DNA of 64,000 nt from a virus (lineage: Duplodnaviria; Caudoviricetes). The notes under the pieces are model-generated. The model saw only the letters and a list, made by a program, of their open reading frames with translations, was not told where the DNA came from and did no database searches. Of this stretch, positions 27,620 to 37,744 are shown in pieces (the stretch's first letter is position 1; each line of letters begins with the position of its first letter). The position numbers were made by a program, and so were the translations under genes. The stretch is from the IMG/VR virus record IMGVR_UViG_3300022217_000003, positions 111,780 through 175,779 of that record; one strand, written 5' to 3'.

Positions 27620-29776
27620 TTATTTGTCACCTCCTTTACTAGGTATTTTTGTAGTCCAGATATTTTCCAGACTTTCTTTTAGTCCCTTGTCTACTGTACC
27701 GGACATTTGTGGTACCGAAGACAATCCACCTGTACGAACAAATTTTTGGCTTTTTGAGTCTCCCGCCTCCGCTTTATTCGTATTGGTTACTATATTTTCA
27801 GTAATACTCTCAAGTGCTACAAATGACACATCGTCCATTAACATCATTTTTTCCAGCTCAGAATCTTTATTAGCTTCATCAATTACATTATTTTCTACCA
27901 TGTAATCAGCAAGCTTAATAGCGGCGTTAGCCCTAACTCTTAACTGGCTTTCATTTATTAACTTACTATTATCACCCTTTGCATTCTTGAGTTCTTCACT
28001 AGTCTTGGATAATTTTTCAAGTAAAATCCTATTGCTTTTCTCTACTTCCTGCCTATAGGCATTTACCTTATCAAATTCCGCCTTATCAACTACGTTCCTA
28101 CCAGAGCCATATCTCTTAGTAAGCTTAGGCTTAATAGATTTATCTACCTCGCTTTGACTAATATACTTTTCTGGAGTAGTTAGTTTCTTTTGTAATGCAG
28201 GAGATTTACCTTTTCCAGGAGCGGCATTTTCAGCAATGATATTAATATCAGCTTTTTTAGTATCGAGGTTTAGGCTGGCTTTAACTCCAAGATTATGAGC
28301 CGTAACTTCAAACCCATCTCTATTAACCCTTGATACAATAAGCTTCCCATATTCAGGACTAGATACTTCTGCCCATTTCTCAAAACCTTTTTTGCCCCAA
28401 ATGTCTCTTACGGATGCTTCTATAATTTTCTCTTTCTTATTATAGATAGTCCAATAAGAATCCATCTTAGATGCAGTCGGAGTAAATACGGCAGTAATAC
28501 CATCTTCTGATAATCTGTCTCCAAGAGTAGCTTTTTTATCTTTCTTCTTATCTTCTTTTTCCTTTTTCTTTTTAGCCTCTTCCTTCTCTTTTTCTTTTTC
28601 CTTTTGAGCCTTTTCTTTCTCTTTCTCTTTTTTCTTATCGTCCTTGTCATCTTTCTTACTGGCCATCAAAGGTCCTTTTTTCTCATCAATAAGGTCTCTT
28701 CCCTTATCTAACAACATATCACCATCAAGAGGGTCTTTAGCTTTATCCCCCATTTCGGGCATCATTTCCTTCTTTTTCATATCAGGCTTCCCAAATGGGA
28801 CTTTAGGCTCTATGCCTTCTTCTCCTTTTTCAGTGTCTATATCAACACCAATATTTTCAGCAGCATCTTCCAGTTTTTCAACTATATCTCCTATGCCTTC
28901 TGTAGCTTCTTCTATTTCAGTAACTGCTTTTTCCAGCTCTTTCTTCTGTGGTCCTTTGTCATCCTTTTCATCTTTCTTCTCATCTTTGGGAAGGGATTTC
29001 ATGTCATTTCCACCCATTGCCTTATCATCATCTTTCTTCTCTTTTTTATCGTTCTTGACTTCGTCGTCTTCCATAGCCTGTCTGGTTATACCAAGATTAG
29101 AACCGGATGCTTTAGTAACCGCTACTGATGGAGGGGTTGGACTAATGTATTTATCCTTTGACCTCTTCACATCTTCCGCCTTTCCACCCTGTTCTTTTTC
29201 AGGGGGATAATGGACCTTTTTCATCCGGAGATCTTCCTCGACAGAACTTATCTTTGTGAGCTCATTCCTGACCTTAACCCTTGCAACACGAATTTCCTTT
29301 ATAACACTGTCATCTTTGGCCTTGTTAAAAGCCTCATTCAGCCTTGCTAACTGTCCTTTTAAATTGGACTTAAGCTTTTTAAGAGTATCCTTCCCTTTTC
29401 CAGAAGGAGTATCTTTAACATACTTATCCTTAGACCGTTCATCATCAGCTTTTCTTCCTGGATCTGGATCTGGGGAATACCTTGATTTCTCTTTAGCTTC
29501 CCTTATACCATTAAGCTGCTGTTTGGCCTTTTGAACCAACTGCTCTGTCCTGGATGCCGTTGCGGTAATATCGGTAGGTTGAATATCTGGTGCCATAGAA
29601 TTAGCACTGTTGATCACTTGCGCCTGTATAGCCACCATTTCTGATGGATTTACATCCTTTGAAGCTTTTATATTACGCACAGCCTTGTCCATTTCAATCT
29701 GATCCTCATCTCTGCCTATAGGCTCTGACCCACCTGAGTCAGCTCTTGTAATTTTCTTTCCCATATTATATTTCAC
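27620..29776 (-). CDS. putative scaffolding/prohead core protein
   Basis: 718 aa, highly charged low-complexity and coiled-coil, between protease and MCP; AGGAGG RBS. Confidence 0.6.
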   Translation of the reverse strand: MKYNMGKKITRADSGGSEPIGRDEDQIEMDKAVRNIKASKDVNPSEMVAIQAQVINSANSMAPDIQPTDITATASRTEQLVQKAKQQLNGIREAKEKSRYSPDPDPGRKADDERSKDKYVKDTPSGKGKDTLKKLKSNLKGQLARLNEAFNKAKDDSVIKEIRVARVKVRNELTKISSVEEDLRMKKVHYPPEKEQGGKAEDVKRSKDKYISPTPPSVAVTKASGSNLGITRQAMEDDEVKNDKKEKKDDDKAMGGNDMKSLPKDEKKDEKDDKGPQKKELEKAVTEIEEATEGIGDIVEKLEDAAENIGVDIDTEKGEEGIEPKVPFGKPDMKKKEMMPEMGDKAKDPLDGDMLLDKGRDLIDEKKGPLMASKKDDKDDKKKEKEKEKAQKEKEKEKEEAKKKKEKEDKKKDKKATLGDRLSEDGITAVFTPTASKMDSYWTIYNKKEKIIEASVRDIWGKKGFEKWAEVSSPEYGKLIVSRVNRDGFEVTAHNLGVKASLNLDTKKADINIIAENAAPGKGKSPALQKKLTTPEKYISQSEVDKSIKPKLTKRYGSGRNVVDKAEFDKVNAYRQEVEKSNRILLEKLSKTSEELKNAKGDNSKLINESQLRVRANAAIKLADYMVENNVIDEANKDSELEKMMLMDDVSFVALESITENIVTNTNKAEAGDSKSQKFVRTGGLSSVPQMSGTVDKGLKESLENIWTTKIPSKGGDK

Positions 29777-29827
29777 CTCCTCTCTTTAATAAAATATAGT
29801 CGTGGTTAAATAAACATCTATTCATAT

Positions 29828-30685
29828 TTATAAACCTCCTATTTGATTTAATATATCTATAGTTTTTTGTTCTCCATATAAGCTCATTAGTATAGCTGTT
29901 GCTTCTACTAAATCATTTTCATTATTTGCGACTTTTGATATTAATCTTGCTGCCCTATCTGCAGGGACTGTAACCCAAGATAGTTCTACAAAGTTAACCT
30001 CTCTGTTGTCTTCATATACATCTCTATGTTCACCCTCATGATATATTTTTCTAGCCTTATGGTATTTAATATCATCACAATACTGTGATTCATTGGTAGC
30101 CAAATTACCACATATAGAACAGATAGAATATCCCACGCGACTACCCATTGAAACACTGTCAATATATTTCTTATCAATTGCCCTGACCAGATCTGGGTCT
30201 TTATTTGCATCAACCGCCAATAAGTTTTCTATAAACCTACCATGATGATTAGCTATACAATCAAGGTTGATTCCAACTGCATTATTCACATTATCACTTG
30301 CATGGTCTTTAAAATTACCTCTACCTATAAAGGTCTGATAAATATATTTATTTAATGCGGCATCAAACCTTAAAAGCTCTGGGCTATTAGGATTATCCAT
30401 AGAACCCCAGGCAAACATATCTCCGTTATCATTGGGCACGTCTCCATGCACACTAATAACATGATAGTAATGAAATTCAGGATCGTAATCCCCTATCCTG
30501 TGAAACTTATTATCTTGATAAGCTCTCTTCTCTGCCACCTCTACATAATTAGCCATTACTTTATCATACTTATTCAAGAAGTCATTTTTATTCCCGAATG
30601 AATTACTTGCTATTTTAATCTTGGAATTGCCCTCTCCATACGGAGTTATGGGATCATTCCATGATGCCCTTTTTATCATACTCAT
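29828..30685 (-). CDS. prohead (capsid maturation) protease
   Basis: PNDNGD, NFKDH, SVSMG, CSICG, FVELSWV.PAD motifs of HK97-type/DUF2213-like maturation proteases; synteny portal-protease-scaffold-MCP. Confidence 0.75.
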   Translation of the reverse strand: MSMIKRASWNDPITPYGEGNSKIKIASNSFGNKNDFLNKYDKVMANYVEVAEKRAYQDNKFHRIGDYDPEFHYYHVISVHGDVPNDNGDMFAWGSMDNPNSPELLRFDAALNKYIYQTFIGRGNFKDHASDNVNNAVGINLDCIANHHGRFIENLLAVDANKDPDLVRAIDKKYIDSVSMGSRVGYSICSICGNLATNESQYCDDIKYHKARKIYHEGEHRDVYEDNREVNFVELSWVTVPADRAARLISKVANNENDLVEATAILMSLYGEQKTIDILNQIGGL

Positions 30686-30690
30686 AATGA

Positions 30691-30831
30691 TTATCCCTTG
30701 TTCTTCTTGTTAGCTTTTTTAATCATTGTTTCAGAATCACTTGCCTTCTTTGCGAACTTAACAAGATCTTCCTCGTCTTCAATCTTCTTAATATTACTCT
30801 TGGTATTAACACCTGTTTTCATCATTGCCAT
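30691..30831 (-). CDS. small basic protein (46 aa; not in ORF track)
   Basis: GGAGG RBS; MAMMKTGVNTKSNIKKIEDEEDLVKFAKKASDSETMIKKANKKNKG. Confidence 0.45.
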   Translation of the reverse strand: MAMMKTGVNTKSNIKKIEDEEDLVKFAKKASDSETMIKKANKKNKG

Positions 30832-30845
30832 AAGTTCTTTCCTCC

Positions 30846-31514
30846 TTAATCATGCCATATTACAGTCATATCTAATTCATAAGCTAAATCATCTGACATA
30901 TTTATTAACCTGACTAATAGACCGTCATTGCCTTTAAATTCTCTGCAGGCATAGAAATTTGCGGAATAAAAATCCTTTGCGCTCCCCGCTGAATGGTTAA
31001 ACATTGTGGGGTGCATCCCTTTTAGGGTTGACCTATATATTAAATACATAACCTCTGTACCTGCATTATTAGTTGTATGGTTCCACCTTAATCCCGTCCT
31101 TGCACTTGCCACGGTTTCCCTTTCTATTGTAACTACATTTCCCGCTACACTGGCAACTTTCTGTATTTCTCCATCGGTTTTATAATCACTGTATACCCAT
31201 ACTAAATCATCGGCTAAAAACTTTGAGCCATCTGCAACAGTAAGGTCTGTTTCACCCTCATCCCACGCATTACCCCCGTTCTTTGCGGATTGAATACTAT
31301 GGTTGATCCTATATATATTGCACTGGGCTTCTTTGGATGCTGTCGTAGCAAATATATTGTATCCACATAATGACCATATCCCGGTAATTGCCGTCGGTGC
31401 TATTAAGGTTTTGGGTTCACCCCAATACCATCGGTCATCTTGTGCCCCTGTTTCATCCTGTGCAGAATTAGTTACCGTAATAGGTGCCGACGCTACACCT
31501 TCCCCTGATGCCAA
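30846..31514 (-). CDS. virion structural protein; probably the C-terminal part of 31527..32306 across an in-frame TAG
   Basis: same frame as the upstream ORF: ...REKH*EVYPLASGEG...; TTG start with weak RBS. Confidence 0.5.
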   Translation of the reverse strand: MASGEGVASAPITVTNSAQDETGAQDDRWYWGEPKTLIAPTAITGIWSLCGYNIFATTASKEAQCNIYRINHSIQSAKNGGNAWDEGETDLTVADGSKFLADDLVWVYSDYKTDGEIQKVASVAGNVVTIERETVASARTGLRWNHTTNNAGTEVMYLIYRSTLKGMHPTMFNHSAGSAKDFYSANFYACREFKGNDGLLVRLINMSDDLAYELDMTVIWHD

Positions 31515-31526
31515 TGGGTAAACTTC

Positions 31527-32306
31527 CTAATGTTTTTCTCTGGGCAACCTGCCTTCAAAAAAAGCCCATTGTGTTCTTGACCCTAAATCAACTCTGTCAC
31601 CATCACCACCCCCACTGGAACAATGTGCAAAAACATTATAAGTCGCCCCAGATACAACTTCATACCCTGCTGTAGCATTCCCAGTAGAAAGGCATTGATA
31701 TATCATATTTTCATCTGAAGCAGAATTAGATATATAAAATCCCCTAGTTGAAGCACCATTATTTATAGCATTGCATAAATATAATATATTTTCCGTATTT
31801 GATATATCATAACCTGTGGTTGTAGCATTAACAGCCTGACACCTTTGTAATATATTGTTTGTCCCATCTATATCATATGCGACAGTGGCATCTTCGGTAG
31901 CAACATCTTCTATAATACAACCACTTCCAGTTAACTTAACCCCTATCTGCCCTGACTGTGATATTTTTATATTTTTTACCATGCAGGAATTCCCAGATAC
32001 TAATAACGTTTGTGTGCTGCCTGTAGTATCTGATATTATTACTCCTATTTCGCCCCATAATTCAACACCGTTTAAGTCAACATCTAATCCGCTCTCGTCA
32101 TAAGAACCCTCTTTGATTGTAATTGCATCTCCGGCACTAACCTGTGTTAAAGCCTTCCCTATTGTAGCAAATGCCTTGTGGGGATTTCTGCCACTATTAG
32201 TATCTTTACCCGTAGTGGTATTTACATACCATATTTCACCGGCAAATAAAGGTGTATGATTTATTATGTGATTTACAAGGCTATGTGAGCTTCCAAAAAG
32301 GCCCAT
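31527..32306 (-). CDS. pectin-lyase-like right-handed beta-helix protein (head fibre/depolymerase-like)
   Basis: WYVNTTTGKDTNSG..PHKAFATIGKAL..AGDAITIKEGSY followed by Asn/Gly/Cys-rich beta-helix rungs. Confidence 0.7.
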   Translation of the reverse strand: MGLFGSSHSLVNHIINHTPLFAGEIWYVNTTTGKDTNSGRNPHKAFATIGKALTQVSAGDAITIKEGSYDESGLDVDLNGVELWGEIGVIISDTTGSTQTLLVSGNSCMVKNIKISQSGQIGVKLTGSGCIIEDVATEDATVAYDIDGTNNILQRCQAVNATTTGYDISNTENILYLCNAINNGASTRGFYISNSASDENMIYQCLSTGNATAGYEVVSGATYNVFAHCSSGGGDGDRVDLGSRTQWAFFEGRLPREKH

Positions 32307-32312
32307 TAATAT

Positions 32313-32720
32313 TTATTCCTTATTCTCATATATGATACTGTATGGTATATTTCTCGCTGCGCCTTCATCGCTATCCTCTTCATATGTAAATTTAATATCA
32401 TTCGTTACCCCTGCGCTAATATCTAAATAGATACCATCAGAATCCGTGGCCACTATAAAATATTGTGTTGTAAATAATCTATAATTAGTCCCATCTATTT
32501 TACAATACCCTTTTATTGTCCCATCCTTGGTCATGTTTACCAAGTCGACCCAAACACCATAAATTATCTTCCTGGTGCTTGTTGTCAGTGTAACTATTGT
32601 TTGTTCACCGCCTGTATCTGTATAGACGTATGTACCACTACTATCATTACTGTTAGTGGTATTTATTACTGAATTAACCCTATCAAGTAATATATGCAGA
32701 AGTATTCTTATATATCTCAT
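32313..32720 (-). CDS. putative virion structural protein
   Basis: beta-rich, Thr-rich; in head module. Confidence 0.4.
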   Translation of the reverse strand: MRYIRILLHILLDRVNSVINTTNSNDSSGTYVYTDTGGEQTIVTLTTSTRKIIYGVWVDLVNMTKDGTIKGYCKIDGTNYRLFTTQYFIVATDSDGIYLDISAGVTNDIKFTYEEDSDEGAARNIPYSIIYENKE

Positions 32721-32722
32721 CT

Positions 32723-32980
32723 TTAAGAATCCGCAATTTCATCAGGAATCCATGAAGGTTTAGATGAGCTTTCGGACAATATTTTTAAATACACGGTTTC
32801 ACCCGCTGCATTCTTACCTAATTGGCTATCCACCCAAATGGTTTCATTCGTTTCATCTATATATTTTTCTGCTATTCTTTCTGTAGAAGCTATAGCTAAG
32901 TCAGATTTTTCAAAAACACTTATGCTTAAATAATCATCAGCATAATCTTTAATTGTATTTCCGGGGAATTTATCTTTCAT
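32723..32980 (-). CDS. hypothetical protein
   Basis: 85-aa ORF in operon. Confidence 0.4.
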   Translation of the reverse strand: MKDKFPGNTIKDYADDYLSISVFEKSDLAIASTERIAEKYIDETNETIWVDSQLGKNAAGETVYLKILSESSSKPSWIPDEIADS

Positions 32981-32993
32981 GCCCTAGACCTTC

Positions 32994-33368
32994 TTATGAC
33001 TGAAATAAAGTTTCTTGCAAAGCCATATTAACTGTGGATGATGCGACCGTATTAACAGCAGTTACTTTTATCCAATTATAGACATAATCACTTAAATCTA
33101 CGTATCTATTCTCCCCCGCAGGAACAGTTTGGACAACTATGTTTCTATATAGCAATCCTTTATGTCCATCCGTCCAGGGTGCCCCTGGGTCAGGATTAAA
33201 ATTATCAGAGGATACGATCCCACCCTGAATAGTAAATGTTACAGTTCCGCTTGCTCCTCTGTTGATAAGAAATAAACTTTTTTTAATTGAGTTATTTCCA
33301 ACAAACTCTTCTAATACCGAAGATTCATTTGTAACCGTATAGTCCTTGGGTACATTATAACTATGCAT
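32994..33368 (-). CDS. putative virion structural protein
   Basis: AGGAG RBS; beta-sandwich-like composition; directly after portal. Confidence 0.45.
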   Translation of the reverse strand: MHSYNVPKDYTVTNESSVLEEFVGNNSIKKSLFLINRGASGTVTFTIQGGIVSSDNFNPDPGAPWTDGHKGLLYRNIVVQTVPAGENRYVDLSDYVYNWIKVTAVNTVASSTVNMALQETLFQS

Positions 33369-33389
33369 AGTTAATTACACTCCTTTTAT

Positions 33390-36263
33390 TTATGCGGGTG
33401 GCTTAACTTCACCTACTCCGCCTCCCATTTCTCCTTGACCGGGAGGTAATGGGGTTGTTCCTGCTCCGCCAGGAGCTACCGTTGGAGGCTTTGCTCCACC
33501 CCCACCTACACCTGGAGCCCCTCCTGGGGCAGGAGTAGCAGGCGCAGTGCCTGGTGCAGCCGCAGGCGCACCCGTGGGAGTTACGTTTATACCTGTTTGT
33601 GTCTGTATATTCTTTAATTCTTGGGCTAATTGTATATCTTTCTTGCGTTCTTTCTCAATTAACTTCTCTTCTTTCTCTAAATCCAAGCCCAAATAGGTCA
33701 ATAATGTCTTCTTACTTATCAATCCACGTTGTTGCATGTTCTGATATAGTGTTTTTTGCTGTGCATCATCCTTTAATCTCATTAGTTCCCACTCTATTTC
33801 GGGAACTATAAGCTCAGATTCGCCCTCATCATTAGTTTTATAGAAGCCCTGAACCTTTGCGACAGGTTTATATACATATTCTATGACCCATTCGCTTAAT
33901 ATATCTTGAAATCTTAGATATCTATTGACCAATACCTGCAAAGCTACGCTTGCATTGGCAAAAGTAACCCCTTCTGTGGTAATTAAAGCCTTAGATATTC
34001 CTAATCCTGACAATATTTCTTTATCCACAAAGTCTAACTCACTTGTAAGCGGGATAATCTTCCCTGCGGAAGATATATAGTCAAAATTTATATAATTATG
34101 CCATATTAACCAACTATTTGGGTCTGAGCTTGCTTGGTCAAGGGCGTTTGCAACATTCTGAAGCACTGCTTCTGTCGCAGGATGAGTTTCATCCCCTACT
34201 TTAACAACTTTTATAGGTCTCCAATGCCTCTTTGCTATCGCAAACTGCGCCCTGCGTAACATATCTTTGTATATAAGTGCTTTAAAAATACATTTCAATG
34301 GACTTACACCATATACTTCATACATAGAATGTTTATTTGCTAGATGGCTTACCTGTGGTATCTCTATTTTTTCATCTCTGCCCTCTGCCACAATTTCAAA
34401 GTTACTCAGAGGTACCTTTTGATTCTTTGAAACATAAGATCTTATCTGCGGATCAATACTATTATATATTTCAATCGGCTTTTTACTGTTAACTATTCTC
34501 TTTAAAGCATCATCGGGATCTAATTTTATAATTGGGTCTGCGAATATATTAGATTCTATCTCCACATAGTCAGGATTAAGCGTTACGAACTTATCCCATC
34601 TCCCTTCATCATCGTCCCAAAGCCCGAAAGGTATCGCATTTCCAAGCATGTTAAATTCCAAAGAAATAAATCTTAAAATCTGTGGCAATTTTAAAATATC
34701 AAATGCTAATTCATCAAAATATTTTTGAATTTTCGGATCTTCACAAACATTTCTTAATCCCGTAACAGGAAACTCCGCATTTAAATGTACACCTGTATTA
34801 ACTATGGGTTCGGTCCTTGTATAGTGTCTGGACCACTGGTTACAATTAGCTACAGCAACATTATTTGCCACATAAGAATGTTCGCCCTCTATTGTTAAAT
34901 TATAAACCTTCCCTTTATATTCTTCTAATTCAATTCCTTTTATTTCTAATACTATATAATTATTCCATATCCACCTTCTGTGACTATTCCATTTTGATTT
35001 ATTCTTTATTCCCAATTTGGTAGCTTCATTATTGTTTATTTCTACATTCCAAGACAAGCTATATCCTGGATCACCTGCAAATCCTGTATCCCTTTCTTCT
35101 TTACGGACAATTGACATTATCTGACACCTTTTAAGTATCTCGTGAATTTGATCTGATAAATCCTTAGATGCGCTACATGTTCTTATATCCCCAGTTTTAT
35201 CAACATGCCCATCTCCATTTATATATGCCTTAACTAATTCAATTTGTAATTCTGGGGGGCAATCCATAACCTGTTGTGATATTCTTTTATAATGAGAATA
35301 CTCCCCACAATGTTCATAAAACAATTCTGCTAATTTCTTACCAGAAGTAGTAACCAAACAAGTATTAACATCTTTTCGTAAATTTATATTAACAGTGGCT
35401 CCGAATTCTTTTTCAAGTAATTCTTTTACTTCTGCAACATAGGTATCTTTCTCACTGATATTAAAAGAGAACTGCATCCCCCTAAGCACCCCATCTTTTC
35501 TTCTATAAAAATTACCCTCTGCTAAAAAATAACCAAATAATCTCATTATATTTTTATTAATTGGTTTTACCTCTTGCAATTCAAAAACTCTATTGCTTCC
35601 AGATTTATATTTATAAACTTCTATATCAAATAATTTATTTTCAGTGGCTATGGGAGACAACATAAAATCGCCTATTTCCAATTCATCCACCCGAACTTTT
35701 TCAACTTTAATCTCTTGGGGAACACACCCTTTGTATCTATCTCTACAATGTGCCGTTATATTCTTCTGGCAAAACTTTATTTCATTGCTCTTGTGCCTAC
35801 AATTTCCCACTTCTTTTTTTATACAAAATATCTTGTGATTCCCCGTAATCTCTAATTTGGTCTCTATTGTAGCTAACTTTAACTTATATATATCCTCATC
35901 TATCTCATTGATTATAACATCCTCAACTTGACCCCTATCTCCATTTTTATCTAAAATCCAATCGCCAATTTTAACTTCATCAATCCTCTTTTTTCTTCCA
36001 TCGCCCATAACTGTTGTTATATAAGGAATTATACATTCCCTCAATTTTGTTGGAAGCTGTAAATTAACAGGCTCATAAAGCGGATGAAAATAATCAGGTG
36101 ATTGTCTATTAACATTAACGGATGCATGTTTTATAATTCTTGAAGTGGGCGAGGATTTCTTTGAAGTTACTGAAGATTGATTAAGCGAAGCGGTTCTTTT
36201 TAATTCCCTGAAATGTGTTTCGGGATTATCTCGTATTAACTCAGAGCTGGTTTTTATTGTCAT
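33390..36263 (-). CDS. portal protein containing an intein (about 560 aa after splicing)
   Basis: LGNAIPF, LNPDYVEI, YGVSPLKCIFK, RPIKVVKVG, ILSGLGIS, ISKKTLL portal-like segments; Pro/Gly-rich tail. Confidence 0.8.
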   Translation of the reverse strand: MTIKTSSELIRDNPETHFRELKRTASLNQSSVTSKKSSPTSRIIKHASVNVNRQSPDYFHPLYEPVNLQLPTKLRECIIPYITTVMGDGRKKRIDEVKIGDWILDKNGDRGQVEDVIINEIDEDIYKLKLATIETKLEITGNHKIFCIKKEVGNCRHKSNEIKFCQKNITAHCRDRYKGCVPQEIKVEKVRVDELEIGDFMLSPIATENKLFDIEVYKYKSGSNRVFELQEVKPINKNIMRLFGYFLAEGNFYRRKDGVLRGMQFSFNISEKDTYVAEVKELLEKEFGATVNINLRKDVNTCLVTTSGKKLAELFYEHCGEYSHYKRISQQVMDCPPELQIELVKAYINGDGHVDKTGDIRTCSASKDLSDQIHEILKRCQIMSIVRKEERDTGFAGDPGYSLSWNVEINNNEATKLGIKNKSKWNSHRRWIWNNYIVLEIKGIELEEYKGKVYNLTIEGEHSYVANNVAVANCNQWSRHYTRTEPIVNTGVHLNAEFPVTGLRNVCEDPKIQKYFDELAFDILKLPQILRFISLEFNMLGNAIPFGLWDDDEGRWDKFVTLNPDYVEIESNIFADPIIKLDPDDALKRIVNSKKPIEIYNSIDPQIRSYVSKNQKVPLSNFEIVAEGRDEKIEIPQVSHLANKHSMYEVYGVSPLKCIFKALIYKDMLRRAQFAIAKRHWRPIKVVKVGDETHPATEAVLQNVANALDQASSDPNSWLIWHNYINFDYISSAGKIIPLTSELDFVDKEILSGLGISKALITTEGVTFANASVALQVLVNRYLRFQDILSEWVIEYVYKPVAKVQGFYKTNDEGESELIVPEIEWELMRLKDDAQQKTLYQNMQQRGLISKKTLLTYLGLDLEKEEKLIEKERKKDIQLAQELKNIQTQTGINVTPTGAPAAAPGTAPATPAPGGAPGVGGGGAKPPTVAPGGAGTTPLPPGQGEMGGGVGEVKPPA
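34845..36035 (-). mobile_element. intein with LAGLIDADG (DOD) endonuclease, 397 aa
   Basis: starts CIIPYITTVMGDG...IDEVKIGD, block B ITGNHKIF, RLFGYFLAEG and LVKAYINGDG, ends VYNLTIEGEHSYVANNVAVAN followed by +1 Cys. Confidence 0.9.
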
Positions 36264-36480
36264 CTTCCCTCTCTGTCTCTATATTTTCAAGGTTACTACT
36301 TGTTTCTATTATCTTAGACTGTAATCCAATTGCCATTTGTGAAATCAATTCAATATCTCCTTCTAATTCATTAAGTTCAAAAAAAGATTTTAAATCCTCC
36401 GCAATAAAAACAATTTGCTCGGCACTTTTACCGATACCATACAGTCTGTCACGAATACTAAGTAAATCATACTCTGTCAT
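36241..36480 (-). CDS. hypothetical helical protein
   Basis: AAGGA RBS; 79 aa. Confidence 0.45.
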   Translation of the reverse strand: MTEYDLLSIRDRLYGIGKSAEQIVFIAEDLKSFFELNELEGDIELISQMAIGLQSKIIETSSNLENIETEREDDNKNQL

Positions 36481-36663
36481 TTAAGTTATCCTTTTTAATT
36501 AAGTTTGGTTTAAAACGTTTAGTTTTTCATTTACATCACACGCAACCTTTAACAAATGTTTCATGTGGTTTTCGTTAACTTTTTTCAAATCATATTCTTC
36601 TACCTTTTGAGCTGTTATGAACTTTTTAACATTTTTCCCACTGTCTTTTTTTCCCATTACTTC

Positions 36664-37071
36664 TTATTTCAACCCCACTAAACTGATTAGGCCCATTAAA
36701 TCTAATCCTATTAACACAACAATTACGCCCGCCAATATAAATAAGATTGTTTTCAACCATTTGATTTGTTTATCTTTATCATTAATTATCTGCTGATCTT
36801 TTTTGGTTACTTCATCATCAGAATCTTCCTTGGCTTTTAAAACTGCGCTTGTAGATATTTTTAGTTTATCAAATTCGTTTCTAATATCAGTGAAACCTTT
36901 CTCTATATCAGAACCTATAGAAATAGTGAATGTTTCTAGCTTATTGAGAAGTTCATTTATTTTTTCTACTTGATTATCAATTAATTTATCTAAGTTTTGT
37001 GCTATGATTCCAAAGACCATCTCTAACTTAGCAAGTTTTTCTATTAAGTTGTTTAATTGTTCTCTATCCAT
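36664..37071 (-). CDS. coiled-coil protein with C-terminal transmembrane segment (holin/spanin-like)
   Basis: heptad-rich N-part then ILFILAGVIVVLIGL; near endolysin. Confidence 0.45.
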   Translation of the reverse strand: MDREQLNNLIEKLAKLEMVFGIIAQNLDKLIDNQVEKINELLNKLETFTISIGSDIEKGFTDIRNEFDKLKISTSAVLKAKEDSDDEVTKKDQQIINDKDKQIKWLKTILFILAGVIVVLIGLDLMGLISLVGLK

Positions 37072-37087
37072 TGATTATCCTTTCGCA

Positions 37088-37288
37088 CTATCTAGTTTGT
37101 ATTTGTCTGGCCATATCATTATAGTCCGACACTTCCTGTTCATCATAAAGATAACCTGTATCATTCTGGCTCATTATAGGTTGCTTATTTGTTTTTTCAG
37201 TCTTTAACTTGCGCGGGTTCACATAATCCCTCTCTTGTCTTATTGGATTTGGAACATCTGCTTGTTTTAATATTATTACTTTATTCAT
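37088..37288 (-). CDS. small protein with MNKVIILKQA leader (putative head-internal protein)
   Basis: shared N-terminal leader. Confidence 0.5.
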   Translation of the reverse strand: MNKVIILKQADVPNPIRQERDYVNPRKLKTEKTNKQPIMSQNDTGYLYDEQEVSDYNDMARQIQTR

Positions 37289-37300
37289 ATCTATGAGTCC

Positions 37301-37744
37301 TTAATAGCCGATAGCCTGTCCTGAGCTTGTGCCGGTGTCATATGATTTATCTGTGCCTTGTCCTGTAAAATCTTGCCTTCCACCCATACCATCCCAATTT
37401 AATTCTTGTAGACCATCGGGTTCATTTCTGAATCTTCGCCGATGCTTCTGCCTAAAGGGTTTGTCTTTAGGTTCTTTATTAAACATATCTATATTCTGAT
37501 CGTTTTCTAATGGATATAAATTGTCTGCTCTTTTTAATATTATTATTTTATTTTTGCACTCAACGCATATCTCGCCATCAGGGGTATCAAAAATGGCTAC
37601 ATTAGAATCCATTTCCTTTATAATGCCTCTGTGCTTTTCTCCCAATAAATTCTCTGTTTCTATATAATCACCTACCCCAATTAACAAATTGCCCTCATCG
37701 TCCCTTACCTTGGTAGCTTCTTTTAGTATTATTACTTTATCCAT
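37301..37744 (-). CDS. protein with MDKVIILKEA leader and internal KIIILKRA copy
   Basis: shared leader present twice. Confidence 0.5.
   Translation of the reverse strand: MDKVIILKEATKVRDDEGNLLIGVGDYIETENLLGEKHRGIIKEMDSNVAIFDTPDGEICVECKNKIIILKRADNLYPLENDQNIDMFNKEPKDKPFRQKHRRRFRNEPDGLQELNWDGMGGRQDFTGQGTDKSYDTGTSSGQAIGY

Noticed and set aside
36498-36657. Possible frameshifted small gene at an A7 run (MGKK.../MLKKFITAQK...)
   Set aside because: Too short to judge; an alternative GTG/ATG start explains it without frameshift
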